DNA of 64,000 nt. Origin: Mobula hypostoma. Taxonomy: Eukaryota. The stretch spans positions 29,824,001-29,888,000 of the forward strand of contig NC_086097.1 of assembly GCF_963921235.1 (NCBI RefSeq). The letters run 5' to 3'. A program made the position numbers and the translations under genes. Under the pieces are notes generated by a model, which saw only the letters and a program-made list of their open reading frames with translations, did not search any database and had not been told where the DNA came from. Below, piece after piece: positions 36,842 through 49,428 of the stretch. Every line of letters begins with the position of its first letter. The first letter of the stretch is position 1.

Positions 36842-39640
36842 ATGGAGGTTGAGGAATTTATAAAGGCGCCGACCTTGGAGGCATTAGAGGATGCCAGGAA
36901 ATCGGAATTGATAGCTGTGGCAAAACGGGTGAATCTTGCTAAGGTGAAGTCGACAATGAGGAGAGAGGAGATACACAGAGCTATTGTAGAGCACTATGTA
37001 TCTAAAGGTGTGTTTCCCCAAGGTGAGCTGGGGGAGGTGTCTATTGAAAAACCTGCTGGAGACGCGGTACAGGTACAGCTTGAAAAACTGAGACTCGAGC
37101 ACGAGTTCCGGGTACGGCAGTTAGAACACGAAGAGAAAGAGAGAGAAAGACAGTTGGAGAGAGAAGAGAGAGAGAGGGACAGACAGTTGGAGAGAGAGGA
37201 GAAACAGAGGGAAAGGGAATTTGAGCTGGAGAAGTTAAAGATAAGGGCTGAGCAGGGGCTCGTGCCGAACCAAGGTGGAGGGTTCCGGGCGACCCAGGAG
37301 GTTAGGCTGGTTCCCCCATTTGACGATACCGATGTGGATCGGTACTTTCTTCACTTCGAAAAGGTGGCTATAAGTCAGGAATGGCCGAGGGATAAGTGGG
37401 TTGTCTTACTTCAGAGTGTACTGAAAGGGAAAGCCCAACAAGCTTACTCCGCCTTATCCGCGGAAGATGCCCAGAAGTATGAGGTGGTGAAGGAGGCCAT
37501 CCTCAGGATTTATGAGTTGGTCCCGGAGGCATACCGGCAGAGGTTCCGGAATGCGAGGAAGCGGTGGGACCGCACGTATTTGGAGTTTGCTCGCGAGATG
37601 CAAACATATTGTGAGCGTTGGTGCGCCTCGAAAGGGGTAGAGGGGGATTATGACAGACTGCTGCAACTGATTCTGATTGAGCAGTTTAAAGGTTGTGTCC
37701 CTGAGGGTATGAGACCCTACCTCGATGAGAAAGAGGCAGCCACGTTAGCCGCAACTGCTAAGTTAGCGGATGAGTATGCGTTGACGCATAAAATGAAGGT
37801 TGCCCCGAGTAAAGGCTACCAGAAGGGTAGTCAGGACGGCGGGGAGAGTCCACCGGAAAAGTCAGAAAGTAAGCCGGGGACTAGTGAAAAGGATAAGGTA
37901 GACCGGGAGCAGTCTGGTAGGAAGTCTCCTGGAGTCGTCTGTTATAATTGTGGGAAAGTCGGACACTTTGCGTCCAGGTGCTTTGCCCCAAGGAAGGAGA
38001 CGGGGAAAGGAAAAGCGGAAATTTTGAATGGCTGTATTGAGCTGTTAAGCGAACCGCTAGGGAAGGACAGGTCTGAAAAAGTCCAGGAAGGGCGCGAGAG
38101 GTTTATCTCGGCCGGACTGGTGTCAGTGAAAAAGAGGTTAAAACCAGTTCCAGTGCGGATCTGGAGAGACACGGGAGCGTGTCAGTCACTAATACTGAAG
38201 AGTGTATTAGAGTTTAGCTCAGAGACCCAGACTGGGGAGGTAGAGGTCAAAGGTGTTGGGGAAGGGACAGAGTCAGTCCCTTTGCACCAGATACATTTAC
38301 AGAGCAACCTGGTCTCTGGACTAGTCACGATTGGGGTGAGGTCCGAATTACCGATGAAAGACGTGGAAGTCTTGCTCGGTAATGACATCGCCGGAGGGAT
38401 CGTGTTCCCAGTCGTGAGATTGACGGGTCAGCCTGCCAGCATGGAGGCCCCGCCCGCGATGGTGAATTTGGCTGAAACATTTCTGCCAACCTTGTATGAG
38501 ACAGGGTGTAGTGAGATAAGAGGTAGTGAGGGAGCTGGGACGGACGTAGCAGTAGCCAGGAAAGAATTTGTGCAGACGCAGGAGCGAGACGAGGGGCTGA
38601 TGGTTTTTGCCGAGACCGCTCTCTCTGACACAGCCTTGACAAGCTATTGTGCGGAGGAGGAAGTGCTAAGGAAGAAAGGGAAATCAAGTACGGCATCCGC
38701 AGATGAGGAGTGGGGGGTGGTGCAAAAGAGTTACGGGGATGAGGTTTTTAACATGGCCCACGAAGTACCCCCCGGTGGACATTTTGCGGTGCTGGGGGAA
38801 ACAGTTGGTGGAATCATGAAAGAGATTTACCGGCTGCCCAGGGGGAAGAATGTTATTGATCATGACCGACGCGAACTGAGACGGTCACCGGCTTTTGATA
38901 TGCTAACAAACCTAGTCGGTGTTAGCGTGGAAATCAATGAAGCTAGGGGCCCCTTGATAAGAGGAAAAAACCATTTTGAAAAGATTAGGATGGGATCGGT
39001 CAGATGGGAGAAGGCTATTGTTTTGGCCAGGTCTACTGATAAGGTCTCTCCCTTAATCCCCGAAGGAGTAATTAAACGACTCGCACCCATGTGTTTGATT
39101 GTCCCGAGGAAATGCAAAGAACTGGGACGTTGGGTTATGTCTGTTACAATAGGGCGGCCAAGTAAACAACACCCATATTTTTTGAGTAATTCAGTGACTA
39201 AAGGGCTGATGAACACAGAGGTGTGTATTGGCAATTTAATACGACTGTCTGAAGCCAGCTTGATAGTGAACCTTGAAAAAAATGAATTCGGCCACACGAG
39301 AGTCACTTACCTGGGAATTGTGGTGACACAGGGGCAGCTGGCAGTGATGCAAGCTACAGTGCAGGCTATCGCTGACCTCCCAACCCCGACAGACAAGAGG
39401 GCCCTCAGAAGGCTTTTGGAGATGGTGGGGTACTGCAGGAAGTTTTGCAATAACTCTGCGGTCAATACCCGTCCCCCTCCTACTAAGCCCTTGCGAGGGA
39501 AAATTGAGTCGGAATGGGACGACCCTTGTTGTTGTGGTCCGGGACAAAACCAAATGAGAGGTTACATTGGTCGCAATTCATCAGTGTTTTTGGCCACTAT
39601 GAAGTTTGCTGAGTTGGAGCCTGGTCTAAGGGATTATTAA
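36842..39640 (+). CDS. Gag (SCAN-like capsid, CCHC knuckle) plus aspartic protease, fused to vestigial integrase/RT fragments, 932 aa
   Basis: YRQRFR...LILIEQF (SCAN-like), CYNCGKVGHFASRC, RDTGA and LLGND protease motifs. AHEVPPGGHF is the INT zinc-finger half. KQHPY, NLEKNEFG..VTYLG and PTPTDKRALRRLL..VGYCRKF are RT pieces. Confidence 0.9.
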   Translation: MEVEEFIKAPTLEALEDARKSELIAVAKRVNLAKVKSTMRREEIHRAIVEHYVSKGVFPQGELGEVSIEKPAGDAVQVQLEKLRLEHEFRVRQLEHEEKERERQLEREERERDRQLEREEKQREREFELEKLKIRAEQGLVPNQGGGFRATQEVRLVPPFDDTDVDRYFLHFEKVAISQEWPRDKWVVLLQSVLKGKAQQAYSALSAEDAQKYEVVKEAILRIYELVPEAYRQRFRNARKRWDRTYLEFAREMQTYCERWCASKGVEGDYDRLLQLILIEQFKGCVPEGMRPYLDEKEAATLAATAKLADEYALTHKMKVAPSKGYQKGSQDGGESPPEKSESKPGTSEKDKVDREQSGRKSPGVVCYNCGKVGHFASRCFAPRKETGKGKAEILNGCIELLSEPLGKDRSEKVQEGRERFISAGLVSVKKRLKPVPVRIWRDTGACQSLILKSVLEFSSETQTGEVEVKGVGEGTESVPLHQIHLQSNLVSGLVTIGVRSELPMKDVEVLLGNDIAGGIVFPVVRLTGQPASMEAPPAMVNLAETFLPTLYETGCSEIRGSEGAGTDVAVARKEFVQTQERDEGLMVFAETALSDTALTSYCAEEEVLRKKGKSSTASADEEWGVVQKSYGDEVFNMAHEVPPGGHFAVLGETVGGIMKEIYRLPRGKNVIDHDRRELRRSPAFDMLTNLVGVSVEINEARGPLIRGKNHFEKIRMGSVRWEKAIVLARSTDKVSPLIPEGVIKRLAPMCLIVPRKCKELGRWVMSVTIGRPSKQHPYFLSNSVTKGLMNTEVCIGNLIRLSEASLIVNLEKNEFGHTRVTYLGIVVTQGQLAVMQATVQAIADLPTPTDKRALRRLLEMVGYCRKFCNNSAVNTRPPPTKPLRGKIESEWDDPCCCGPGQNQMRGYIGRNSSVFLATMKFAELEPGLRDY

Positions 39641-39812
39641 TAACACGTGTAAAAGGAACAGAAAATGTGATGACTGTCTGTCAAGGTGTTGACAGCTTCA
39701 AATTCTCTGTATTAGCTAAATAACTGTTAAAGATGTATATTGTGTATGTATCAGATAATGTAGTCATGTTTGTAATTTTTACCTCCCGGTAAAAATCCTT
39801 AAAGGGGGGAAG

Positions 39813-40652
39813 TGTTACGAGAATACACATAAAATTAAGATGTTTGCTGGCCTGGGCTAGCATCGGTGGCATCAGCAGTTGGTCTGCCACCTGCCCTCAG
39901 GGGAAGGAGAGATAAGGAACAATGGAGCAGCGTCTGGAGATGTGTAATGAAGGGATGTGGGAGGAAGAGCTGTCTGGAGCGGCTCCCCCCTTTGAACCCT
40001 GAACTGTTTGAAGTGATGGACAGGCGATACCCCAGCAGGGGGATAAAAAGGGACAGGTTCGCTAAGACAGACACACACGCCACCCGAGGTAACGAGACCC
40101 TGGAAGCGGTGCGCTTCTCACGAGTGGGTGAGAAGTCCCAGACAACGACAAGGGTGGAAAGGTACGATCAGCGGGAACCCGGTGTGTGTCCGCCCTTGCC
40201 TGGGTGCCGGGTTCACTGCAGAGGATCGACCGCATCTGGAGGAGGGGTCACAGTCGGTGACCTCAGGTGACATCACCAAGGACCCGCCCAAATGCTGTTT
40301 GTGAGCCATCTCGCTGGTCTGTGAGTGAAGCTGTGCTGAATGATGAGTTGTTCCTATTCTGTCTCTCTCCCCCCACCTTGTCCATCGCCATGGCAACGAT
40401 TACTGCGACCTGAACTTTGAGTCATTTTGAAATTGGTCATTTACCCCTAGACAACGATAGAGCTTGATTGATGCTGTTATCTTAATTCTGTGCACATGTG
40501 TGGTTATCATTGTTGAATTGTTGCATTTATTATCCTTTCGATTACTGTGTTACTTGTTTCTTTAATAAAACTTTCTTAGTTCTAGTACTCCAGACTCCAA
40601 CTGAGTGATCCATTTCTGCTGGTTTGGCAACCCAGTTACGGGGTACGTAACA
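39813..40652 (+). repeat. 3' LTR (840 bp)
   Basis: Follows the PPT AAAGGGGGGAAG and is followed by TSD AGAT. Confidence 0.97.
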
Positions 40653-41899
40653 AGATTCATACATATAATTCCTTTAATTGTATGCAGTATGTTATTTCAT
40701 GGCATTAATTTGTAACAGGGTAGCAAATTACACAGTATCCACACAATCCAGGGTTTGGGTTGGGTTTGAGTGTGCCTCAACCTCATGAGTTTGGCTCAAC
40801 CTCATGAGTTTGGCGTGACCAGAGGAGTTGTCTTCCCCAGACTTATGCAGCCAAGAGAACCAGGGTGTTTCGTACGCAAAAACGACTCAACGTCAAAGAT
40901 AAATATTAGCTTTACTTGTCACGTGTACATTGTAACGTACGGTGAAATGTGTCATTTTCATCAATAACCAACACACTCTGGGGATGTGCTGGGACAGCCC
41001 GCAAGTGTCACCTGTTTCTGGGGTGGTGGCAGAGCTGGTTGCAGCGGCCTCTCCAGGTCCAACAAATAGTGCAAATGATTACCTTAAGTGTTTTTCTTGT
41101 GGTCATAAGTCCCTGTTCGCCATTGGTAATACAAAATACTGCAAGTCCTGTTCACTGGTTCATTGGCAAGACTGACGGTGGGGGGGGGGGTGGTGGCTGC
41201 GTGGAATCATTTGTTGCATGGACCAGGCCCTCATGCCCCAGTGTTGCCTGTTACAGCCACCCAGGGGAGGAGGTGCCGGAGATGGTGTGGGAGAGAAGAG
41301 AGTTGGAATCCATGCTGGGTTGGGGGCAGGCCCTTGTAGGCCGGCACTCCAGTTGGTGCTGCTCTCCTGTGTTTGTTCCCTGGAAGACTAGTTGGATTGC
41401 CTGAAACCGGTGTAAGATGAGAAACTGCTGTGTGCTTTTTTTTTTACAGAAACATGGCTCCAGGACAATATCCCATGCACCATCAATCTTCAGGCTATGT
41501 CAATCAGAGACCTGTGCTAATATTATTTTGTGAGTGTAAGTGCTTTCGTAACAATATGTGCCGTGTGCTGTGTAAGTGTACAAACTATGTTTCACACCTT
41601 GGCCCTGTAGGAATGCTGCTTTGTTTAGCTGTACACATGAGTATGGTTGAGTGATAACTGAATGGTTCTATGGTTTAATGGTTCAATGCTTCCATTTAAT
41701 ATCAGAGAATGTATACAATATACAACCTGAAGTTCTTGCTCTCTGCAGACATCCATGAAACAGAAGAAAAACACCAAAGAATGAACGACAGAAAAAATCT
41801 TAAAAACCCCAGAGCTCCCTGCCTCCCCCTCCCACGCACAAGGAGCATCAACCCACTTATTCTAGCAGAAAGCATCAGCACTCCCACCAAATTAAACTT

Positions 41900-42110
41900 A
41901 AACTTGAACTTCTGGCGTCAATATAGCATGCCCATGACTTACTAACCCTAACCCGTAAGTCTTTGGACCGTGGGAGGGAACCGGAGCACCTGGAGGAAAC
42001 CCACGCGGTCATGGGGAGAACGTACAAGCTCCTGACAGACAGCAGTGGGAAGTGAACCCTGATCACTGGCACTGAAAAGCATTATGCAAACTGCAATGGT
42101 ACTGTGCCTG
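41900..42110 (-). mobile_element. tRNA-derived V-SINE-like element
   Basis: GGAAACCCACGCGGTCATGGGGAGAACGTACAAGCTCC is the reverse complement of the SINE core. Confidence 0.7.
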
Positions 42111-43279
42111 GTCACCATACCTCCAGATTACTGTACTGAGTGGCATCAATGGACTCTGCCTACACATCTCATTGCCTCAATAATGCAGACAGTGTAATCA
42201 ACGATCCCTCGTACTCGGGACATTCTCTCTTCTGCCTCCAGTTAGGCAGAAGTTACAAAAACCTGCACGCATGCACTATCAGGCTCAGGGACAGTTTCTA
42301 TCCCACTGTTATAGGACTTCTTAACAGTCCACTAGTACAATAATCTCACAATCTCCTCGATGTAGCCTTGCAGCTTATTGTCTGCCTGCACTGCATTTTT
42401 TCTGTAAGTGTAACACTTTATTCTGCATTCTGTTATTGTGCTTCCCTTGTACGTCCTCAAGGCACTGATGTGATGAAATGATCTAAATGAATGATATTCA
42501 AAACAAGTTTTTCACTGTACCTCAGGACAAGTGACAATAATAAATCAATTTATCATTTGCCAATATATAATGTGAACACGATTATCAGAAACATTTAAAT
42601 AGATTGACAATCGACTCAGGCCAACTCATTTTATTAACCTGGGCCACATGGGCCTAGGCTTGGCCGTTGGGGTCAGATCGGCTTCTCTGAATTGGCTCTG
42701 GCTGGGCAAACGAAGACACAAAGTCCCAATGCTGAAATCCTTATGGGGAAGGGACTGGAAGAGTCCTGCGTGGGCAGTGTGCATCATGTGAAGCATTATG
42801 ATTAGCGTAATGCTTTATAGCACCAGCATCAGCAATCAGGGCTCAATTCCAGCACTTATTCAGACCGTGTTGGTCGTTGATATAAACAATGTATATCATG
42901 GTATGTTTCGATGTTTTCATGTACATGTGACAAATAAAGCTAAACTTTTCTTATGTGTTTGACTAAGGTTCTCCAAGAAAGATCATCCTGAGTTTTCACA
43001 ACATATTTTCATAATGTGATCCAATTAAAGGGGCTTTAATCTCTAAGAGTATTTGAACACACACAGCCATTAGCCTTTGTCTTCACCTGGCTGACTTTAA
43101 ATTTCTGAAAGCAAGGCCACATTCAATTGCCTCACAAAGTTGATCTTCTGTGACATCATAGCCAAGGTCCACGATGTCACACAGAGAGGAGATTTACACA
43201 AAATGGCTGTGTGTGAGAACATCAAACTAAGTGTGAACAAGCACCCGAGTGACAACGGAGTGACGGGCAGTTAACAATA

Positions 43280-43289
43280 ATGTCCACAG
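43280..43289 (+). CDS. Candidate first coding micro-exon (M-S-T plus 1 nt) of the SAM-domain gene
   Basis: ATAATGTCCACAG|GTCAGT: A at -3 and a phase-1 donor matching the phase-1 acceptor at 49429. It sits in a rare non-repeat island (~42960-43310). Confidence 0.35.
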
Positions 43290-44220
43290 GTCAGTCTCTC
43301 ATGTTGGGTTATAGAACCATTCAACTGAACTTCACAACAGAACTGAGGGAGGCCAGACATTTGAGAGTGTCAGGGGCAGAAAGGAGTGTAATTGGCACTA
43401 CTAAGAAGGAGGTGCTTGGGATGCTGAAAGGTCTGAAGGTAGATAAGTCACCTGGGCAAGATGGACTACACCACAGGATTCTGAAAGAGGTGGCTGAAGA
43501 GATTAGTAATGATCTTTCAGGAATCACTGGGTCCTGGAATGGTTTCAGAGGACTGGAAAAGTGTTGTGCAGTTACTGCATTAGAACCAAGAGCTATCTGC
43601 CCCTCCATAGCCATTGAAGCCTCCAGAGGAGCAAACTATTCTCTCTCCGGCAAAAATTAATTCCTTTGCCAAAATCACACAGACAGATTGTCATGACCAT
43701 TATCACAATCCTGTTGGTGGGAGGATAAAAGAACATAAGAAAAGCATTTATGAAAGCTCTGAATCCACTCCAACATTAAGACTACCTCAGTGAAGCTCCA
43801 TGCTGTGCACAGTTTGATTCCCTGTTTCTCAGGTTCACAAGGGCGCCTACATTCCAGGATTGGTAGTAGAGTGGTCTATTCCTTGGAGTTTAGAAGGTTG
43901 AAGGGTGAGCTTATTCGAATAGCCCAGATCGTCAGGTTAGATGTCGAGCTCTTTTCACTTGTGCAGATGTCACAAATAGGGGGCCACAACTATAAAACAA
44001 GTTGTGCTTTAAAAAACAGAGGCCAAGAATCTTTGAAATTATATATACTTAAGGTAGAGAAGAGTTAAATATTCAAAAGATCAAAGAATTGAAGATAATG
44101 AGGAGGGCCAGATGAGGAGTTGAGACCAGCATAGGTCAGCCATCATTCTATTCAGATTCAGATTCATTTATTTATTTATCACATGTACATGGAAACATAC
44201 CATGAAATGCATCATGCCAC

Positions 44221-47200
44221 ACAAGAGACACCAGGATGCTGTGTTGCCTCCCGGTTGCTAGGGTCCATGATGCATCGGAGTGGCTGCAGGATATTCTCAA
44301 GGGGAAGGAGGAACAGCCAGAGGTCATGGTGCATATTGGCACCAATGACATAGGCAGAAAAGGTGAAGATGTTCCACAGAGTGAGTATTTAGGGTTAGGG
44401 AAGAGGTCAGAAGAGAAGGACCTCCAAGATTGTAATCTCCGGATTACTCCCTGTGCCACGGGCTAGTGCAGGTAGGGATGCATGGATGAGTGGCTGAGAA
44501 GATGGTGCAGGGGACAGGGTTTCAAGTTCTTGGACCATTGGAACTTCTCTGGGGAAGGGGTGACCTGTTCAAGAGGGACGGGTTGCACCTGAACTGAAGG
44601 TGAACCAATACGCTGGCTGCAAAATTTGCCGATCCTACTTGGGAGAGTTTTGCAGGGGGCTGGGAACCAGAACCTCAGGTCAGTAAGGGAAGGATCAGAT
44701 CAAAAGGTAGATGTAAGGGAAAGTATTGAAAGGCAAAATTGAAATAACGGGTATGATGAGTCAGATAGTTTGAAGTGTGTATATTTTAATGCAAGGAGTA
44801 TTATAGGTAAAGGTGATGAACTTAGAGTACGGATCAATACACAGAACTTCGATGTTGTAGCCATTACTGAAACTTGGTTGAGAGAGGGGCAGGAATGGGT
44901 GATTAATGTACCAGGGTTTTGAAATTTTAGGAAAAGAGGAGGAGGTAAAAGAGGGGGTGGAGTTGCACTACTAATCAGGGACAATATCACAGCTGCAGTC
45001 AGAGCTGAGATAATGGAGGGGTCAGACACTGAGTCTATTTGGGTGGAACTCAGGAACAGGAAGGGTGCAATCACACTGATGGGATTGTACTACAGACCCC
45101 CTCATAGCCAGCAGGACATTGAGGAACAGATATGTAATCAGATTAAAGAAATGTGTTAAAATAATAGGGTTGTTGTCACGGTGAATTTTGACTTCCTTAA
45201 TATAAACTGAGACCTTCTTAGTGTAAGGGGTTTAGATGGGGCTGAATATGTTAAGTGTATCCTGGAAGGTTTCTTAAATCAATATGTGGCTGGTCCAACC
45301 AGAGCAGGGGCTGTACTGGACCTGGTGTTGGGTAATGAGCCTGGCAGATGACTGACGTTTCAGTGGGTGAACAGTGATAGCTATAGATAAAGATTGGTAT
45401 GGTCCTTGTGGGAGAGTTTTAAATTGGACTAGGGCAGATTACGAGGGCATTGGAAAGGAGCTAAGAAGTGTTAATTGGGAACACCTTGTCGCTGGCGAGT
45501 CCATATCAGACATGTGGAGGCTGTTTAAAGATCTATTGCACAGAGTACAGGCAATGTATGATTCTGTTGGAAGGAAGGGCAGGGATGGAAAGATAAGAGA
45601 ACCTTAGATGTCCAGGGAGGTGATATATTTAGCCAACCAGAAAAAGGTAAAGTTTGTAAAGCTCCAGAAGGTGGGATCAAATGAAGCACATGAGTATAAA
45701 AAAGCTGGAAAAGAACTAAAGAAGGGAATTAGGAAAGATGGGAAGGACCATGAAAGGTCCTTGGCAAGTAGGATTAAGGTGAAACCCAAAGCATTCTATA
45801 CATACAATAGAGTAAAAGGATAACTTGGGACAGAGTGGAACCACTCAAGGATAGAGGGGGGAACACTTGCTTGGATGCAGAGAATGTGGGTGAGGTACTT
45901 AATGAGTAGTTTGCTTCAGCATTTACCAAAGAAAAGGATATGGAGGACCAAGAGATCAGTGCTGAGTGTATGAATACGTTAGGGCACTTAGAGGTCAGTG
46001 CTGAGTGTATAAATACATTAGGGCATTTAGAGGTCAAGGAGGAGGAAGTGTTGGGCTTCCTACTGAGTACTAAGCTGGCTAAGTCTCCAGGGCCCAATGG
46101 GATTTACCCCAAGTTATTGAAGGTAGCAAGAGAAAAGACTGCTGAGCCCATGACCGGACCAGTATCTTGCATCCTCTCTAGCCACAGGCGAGGTCCCAGA
46201 GGACTGACGATTGATTGTACCTTTATTTAAGAAGGGAACAAGGCAAAATCCTGGGAACCATAGACCGATGAGTCTCACGTCAGTTGTAGGGAAATTGCTG
46301 GAGAAAATTCTAAGGGATAGGATGTGTGAGCATTTGGATACCCATGGCCTAATTAGGGAGAACCAGCATGTCTTTCTGAATGGAAAGTGGTGCCTTACCA
46401 ACTTGACTGAGTTTTCTGACAAGGTGATGAGAGAGATTGATGAGAGTAGGGCAGTGGATGTTGTCTACATGGATTTAGTAAAGTGTTTGACAAAGTACCT
46501 CATGGGAGGCTAACCCAGAAGATTAAGATGCAGGGGATCCGTGGTGAAGTGTCTGTTTGGATTCAGAACTGGCTTGTGCATAGAAGACAGAGGGTAGTAG
46601 TTGAAGGGACTTATTCGAGTCGGAGGTCTATAATTAATAGTGTTCCACAGGGATCTGTGCTAGGACCTCTGCTGTTTATAATGTATATAAATGACCTGGA
46701 TGAAAATGTAGGTGGATGGGTTAGTAAGTTTGTGGGATGGTTCCAAGGTTGGTGGAGTTATGGATAGTGTAGAAGACTGACAAAGAATGCGGCATGAGAG
46801 AGGTGGCAGATGGATATAAGTTTGTTGCACTTTGGTAGGCAAATGTAAGGAGACAGTACAGAGATAACGCTGAGCGGAGAGATCTTGGGATCCAAGTTCA
46901 TAGCTCCTTGAAAGTGGCTGCACAGGTCGATACGGTGGTTATGAAGGCTTATGGAATGCCTGCTTTTATGAATCGAGGCATTGAGCTCAAAAGTCAATAG
47001 ACTATATTGCAACTTTAAAAAACTCTGGGTAGGCCACATCAGGAGTATTGCATACAGTTCTGGTCGTTCCACTATAAGAAGGATGTCGAGGCTCTAGAAA
47101 GGGTGCAGAAGAGGTTTACCAGGACGCTGCATGGTTTAAAAGGGCATGTGCTATCATGAGAGGCTGGATGAACATGGGTTGTTTCCTCTGAAGTATCGGA

Positions 47201-47580
47201 GGCTGAGAGGAGATCTGACAGAGGTTTATAAGATTATGATAAGAGGCATAGATAGAGAGGACAGAGTATCTGTTTCCCAAGTTGAAATGTCTAATACCAG
47301 AAGGCATGCATTAAAAGTGAGAGGCGGTAGGTTCAAGGGGGATGAGAGGGTAAGTTTTTACTCACAGTTGTGGATACCTGGAATATGCTGCCTGGTAGGG
47401 TGGTAGAGGCAAACACATTAGAGGCTTTTAAGAGACATTTAGTTAGGCACATGGATGTAAGAAAGATGTAGGGATATGGGCATGGTGTAGGTAGGAGGGA
47501 TTAGAGTTAGGGCGTTTTTGATTTGCTTTCTAGCTGGTTCGAATGGCCTCTTACTGTACTGCATTCTTCTGTGTTCTACT
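44221..47580 (+). mobile_element. Old CR1-type LINE with ORF1 esterase remnant and degenerate ORF2
   Basis: CCLPVARV...VMVHIGTNDIG (SGNH esterase ORF1), followed by APE and RT remnants (KSPGPNG, SVPQGSVLGP) and the 3' UTR. Confidence 0.9.
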
Positions 47581-47894
47581 TGTATTAAACAACCAACACA
47601 ACCTAAGGATCTGTTGGGGGCAGTTCACAAGTGTTGCCACACATTCTGGTAGCAATATAGCATCCCCACAATGTTCAGCAGAATAACCTACAATAACTTC
47701 AAAAAATAATCCTTCTCCAATGGTGCTCCCACCATTTTCCAAAGACAAAAGAAGCACAGATGCAGGAAACCTGCAATAAATCAATATTGGAAGCATCCAG
47801 TAGGTCAGCCAGTGACTGTAGAGAAAAAAAGAGTTAATATTTCGGGACTCTGTTATAAGTGAGGAAAGGGTCTCCAACTTGAAAACTTGAGATG

Positions 47895-48268
47895 AAAGGT
47901 TATGGGAGTCCAGAGGAGGCTTACAAGAATAATCCCAAGAATGAAAGGGTTAATGTATGAAGAATGCCTGATGGCTCTGGGCCTGTTCTTGCTGGAGTTT
48001 AGAAAAATGAGGGGTATCTCATTGAAACTTACCAAATATTGAAAGGTCAAAATAGATCGGATGTGGAGAGGATGTTTCAAATAGTGGAAGAGCCTATGGA
48101 CCAGATGGCACAGCCTCATAATAGAGGAATGTCCTTTTAGAACAGAGATGAGGAGGAATTCCTTTAACCAGAGTGGTGAATCTGTAGAATTCATTGCCAC
48201 AGATGGCTGTGCAAGCCAAGCCATTGGGTATATTTAAAGCAGTGGTTGATAGGTTCTTGATTAGTAAG
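47895..48268 (+). mobile_element. CR1-type LINE 3' fragment
   Basis: Similar to the 3' end of the other CR1 copies. Confidence 0.75.
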
Positions 48269-48269
48269 A

Positions 48270-48845
48270 CAAGTCAAATCAAGTCAAGTTTATTGTCATT
48301 TAACTATATACATGTATATCATCAAACGAGACATTTCTCCAGACCATGGTGTAAAGCACAGTGGTAGACATGACATACACACATAACACATAATAACTTC
48401 GGAAAGTAAGAATAAAATCTACAGATGAATGATGCAGAAATAATCAAAGTAAAGGGCATAAATTAAATATTGTAAGATACAGAACAAATTATCCGGTGAC
48501 ACTTCAAATGTGATGCAGGAGGGAGTTCAGAAGCCTAACAGCCTGAGGGAAGAAGTTGTCTCCCGTCCTGACTGTTCTTTTCTTTATGCATTGGAGGCTC
48601 CTGCCCGACAGTAGAAAGTCAAAGAGGTTGCTGGATGGATAGGTGGGATGCTTGATAACACTTAGGGCCCCACATACTGATAAATGTTCCTGATAGATGG
48701 TCTGGAGACTCCTATGATACTCCTGGCCGTTCTCCCAGTCCTTTGTACGGATTTCTGGTCTGAGCTCGGCTGCTCTCATACCAGATGGAGATGCAACCTG
48801 TCAGGATGCTCTCAATGGTGCTCCTGTAAAATTGAGTTAAGATGT
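48270..48845 (-). mobile_element. Rex/Babar-type LINE 3' fragment
   Basis: HPTYPSSNLFDFLLSGR...FFPQAVRLLN, with (ACTTG)n-like tail. Confidence 0.7.
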
Positions 48846-49428
48846 GGGGCTGAGAGAGCCTATCTAGTCTTTTCTTATAACTTAAGTCTCCCTATGTAAG
48901 TAACTTCCTTGTTAATCTCCTCTGTTCTGACTCCATAATAAAACTACACTTAGCATGTAGACTGCATGTCTGTGGGCAGTTCTAATTCATAAGAAGAGGC
49001 CACCTTTGGTATCATTAGGCATTTACACAGGTGGCAGGAAGGTTGCTGGAGCTGTGGATTAGATTAGATTAGCTTTATTTGTAACATATTGAAACATTAA
49101 GTAAAATGAGTTGTTTACATTAATGTGTTACTGTGCTTCTTGGCGGCAACATAGCATGCCCACAACTTACTGACACTAATCCGCACGCCTTTGGAACGCG
49201 GAGGAAGCTGGAGCACCCGGAGGAAACCCATGTGGTCAGGGGGAGAATGTACAAACTCCTTACAGACAGCAGTGGGAACTGAACCCAGAGATTGCTGAGG
49301 CAGACAATGTGGAAGGGTATTGTAGATTACAAGGGGACATTGATAGGATTCAGAGCTGGGCTGGGAAGTGGCAAATAGAGTTATGATAGTAAGCTTGAAG
49401 ATGACATGTCTGCTCTTGCGCCCCTCAG

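Larger units (their letters stand above)
35901..40652 (+). mobile_element. Full-length Gmr1-type (Gypsy, INT-before-RT order) LTR retrotransposon, internally deleted and non-autonomous
   Basis: LTRs at 35901-36742 and 39813-40652 with TGTTACG...CGTAACA termini. 4-bp TSD AGAT. tRNA-Pro-like PBS. PPT at 39801-39812. Single 932-aa ORF. Confidence 0.95.
35622..40872 (+). mobile_element. Remnant of a third LTR-like sequence (35622-35900 plus 40653-~40872) split by the Gmr1-type insertion
   Basis: Sequence on both sides of the AGAT TSD reads as one continuous LTR-like tract. Family not identified. Confidence 0.45.

Noticed and set aside
35954..40270. Duplicated 134-aa ORFs (35954-36358 and 39866-40270)
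   Set aside because: They lie inside the two LTRs, start at non-ATG codons and have no recognisable domain.
45955..46035. 39-bp tandem duplication
   Set aside because: It lies within a dead CR1 ORF2 and has no functional implication.
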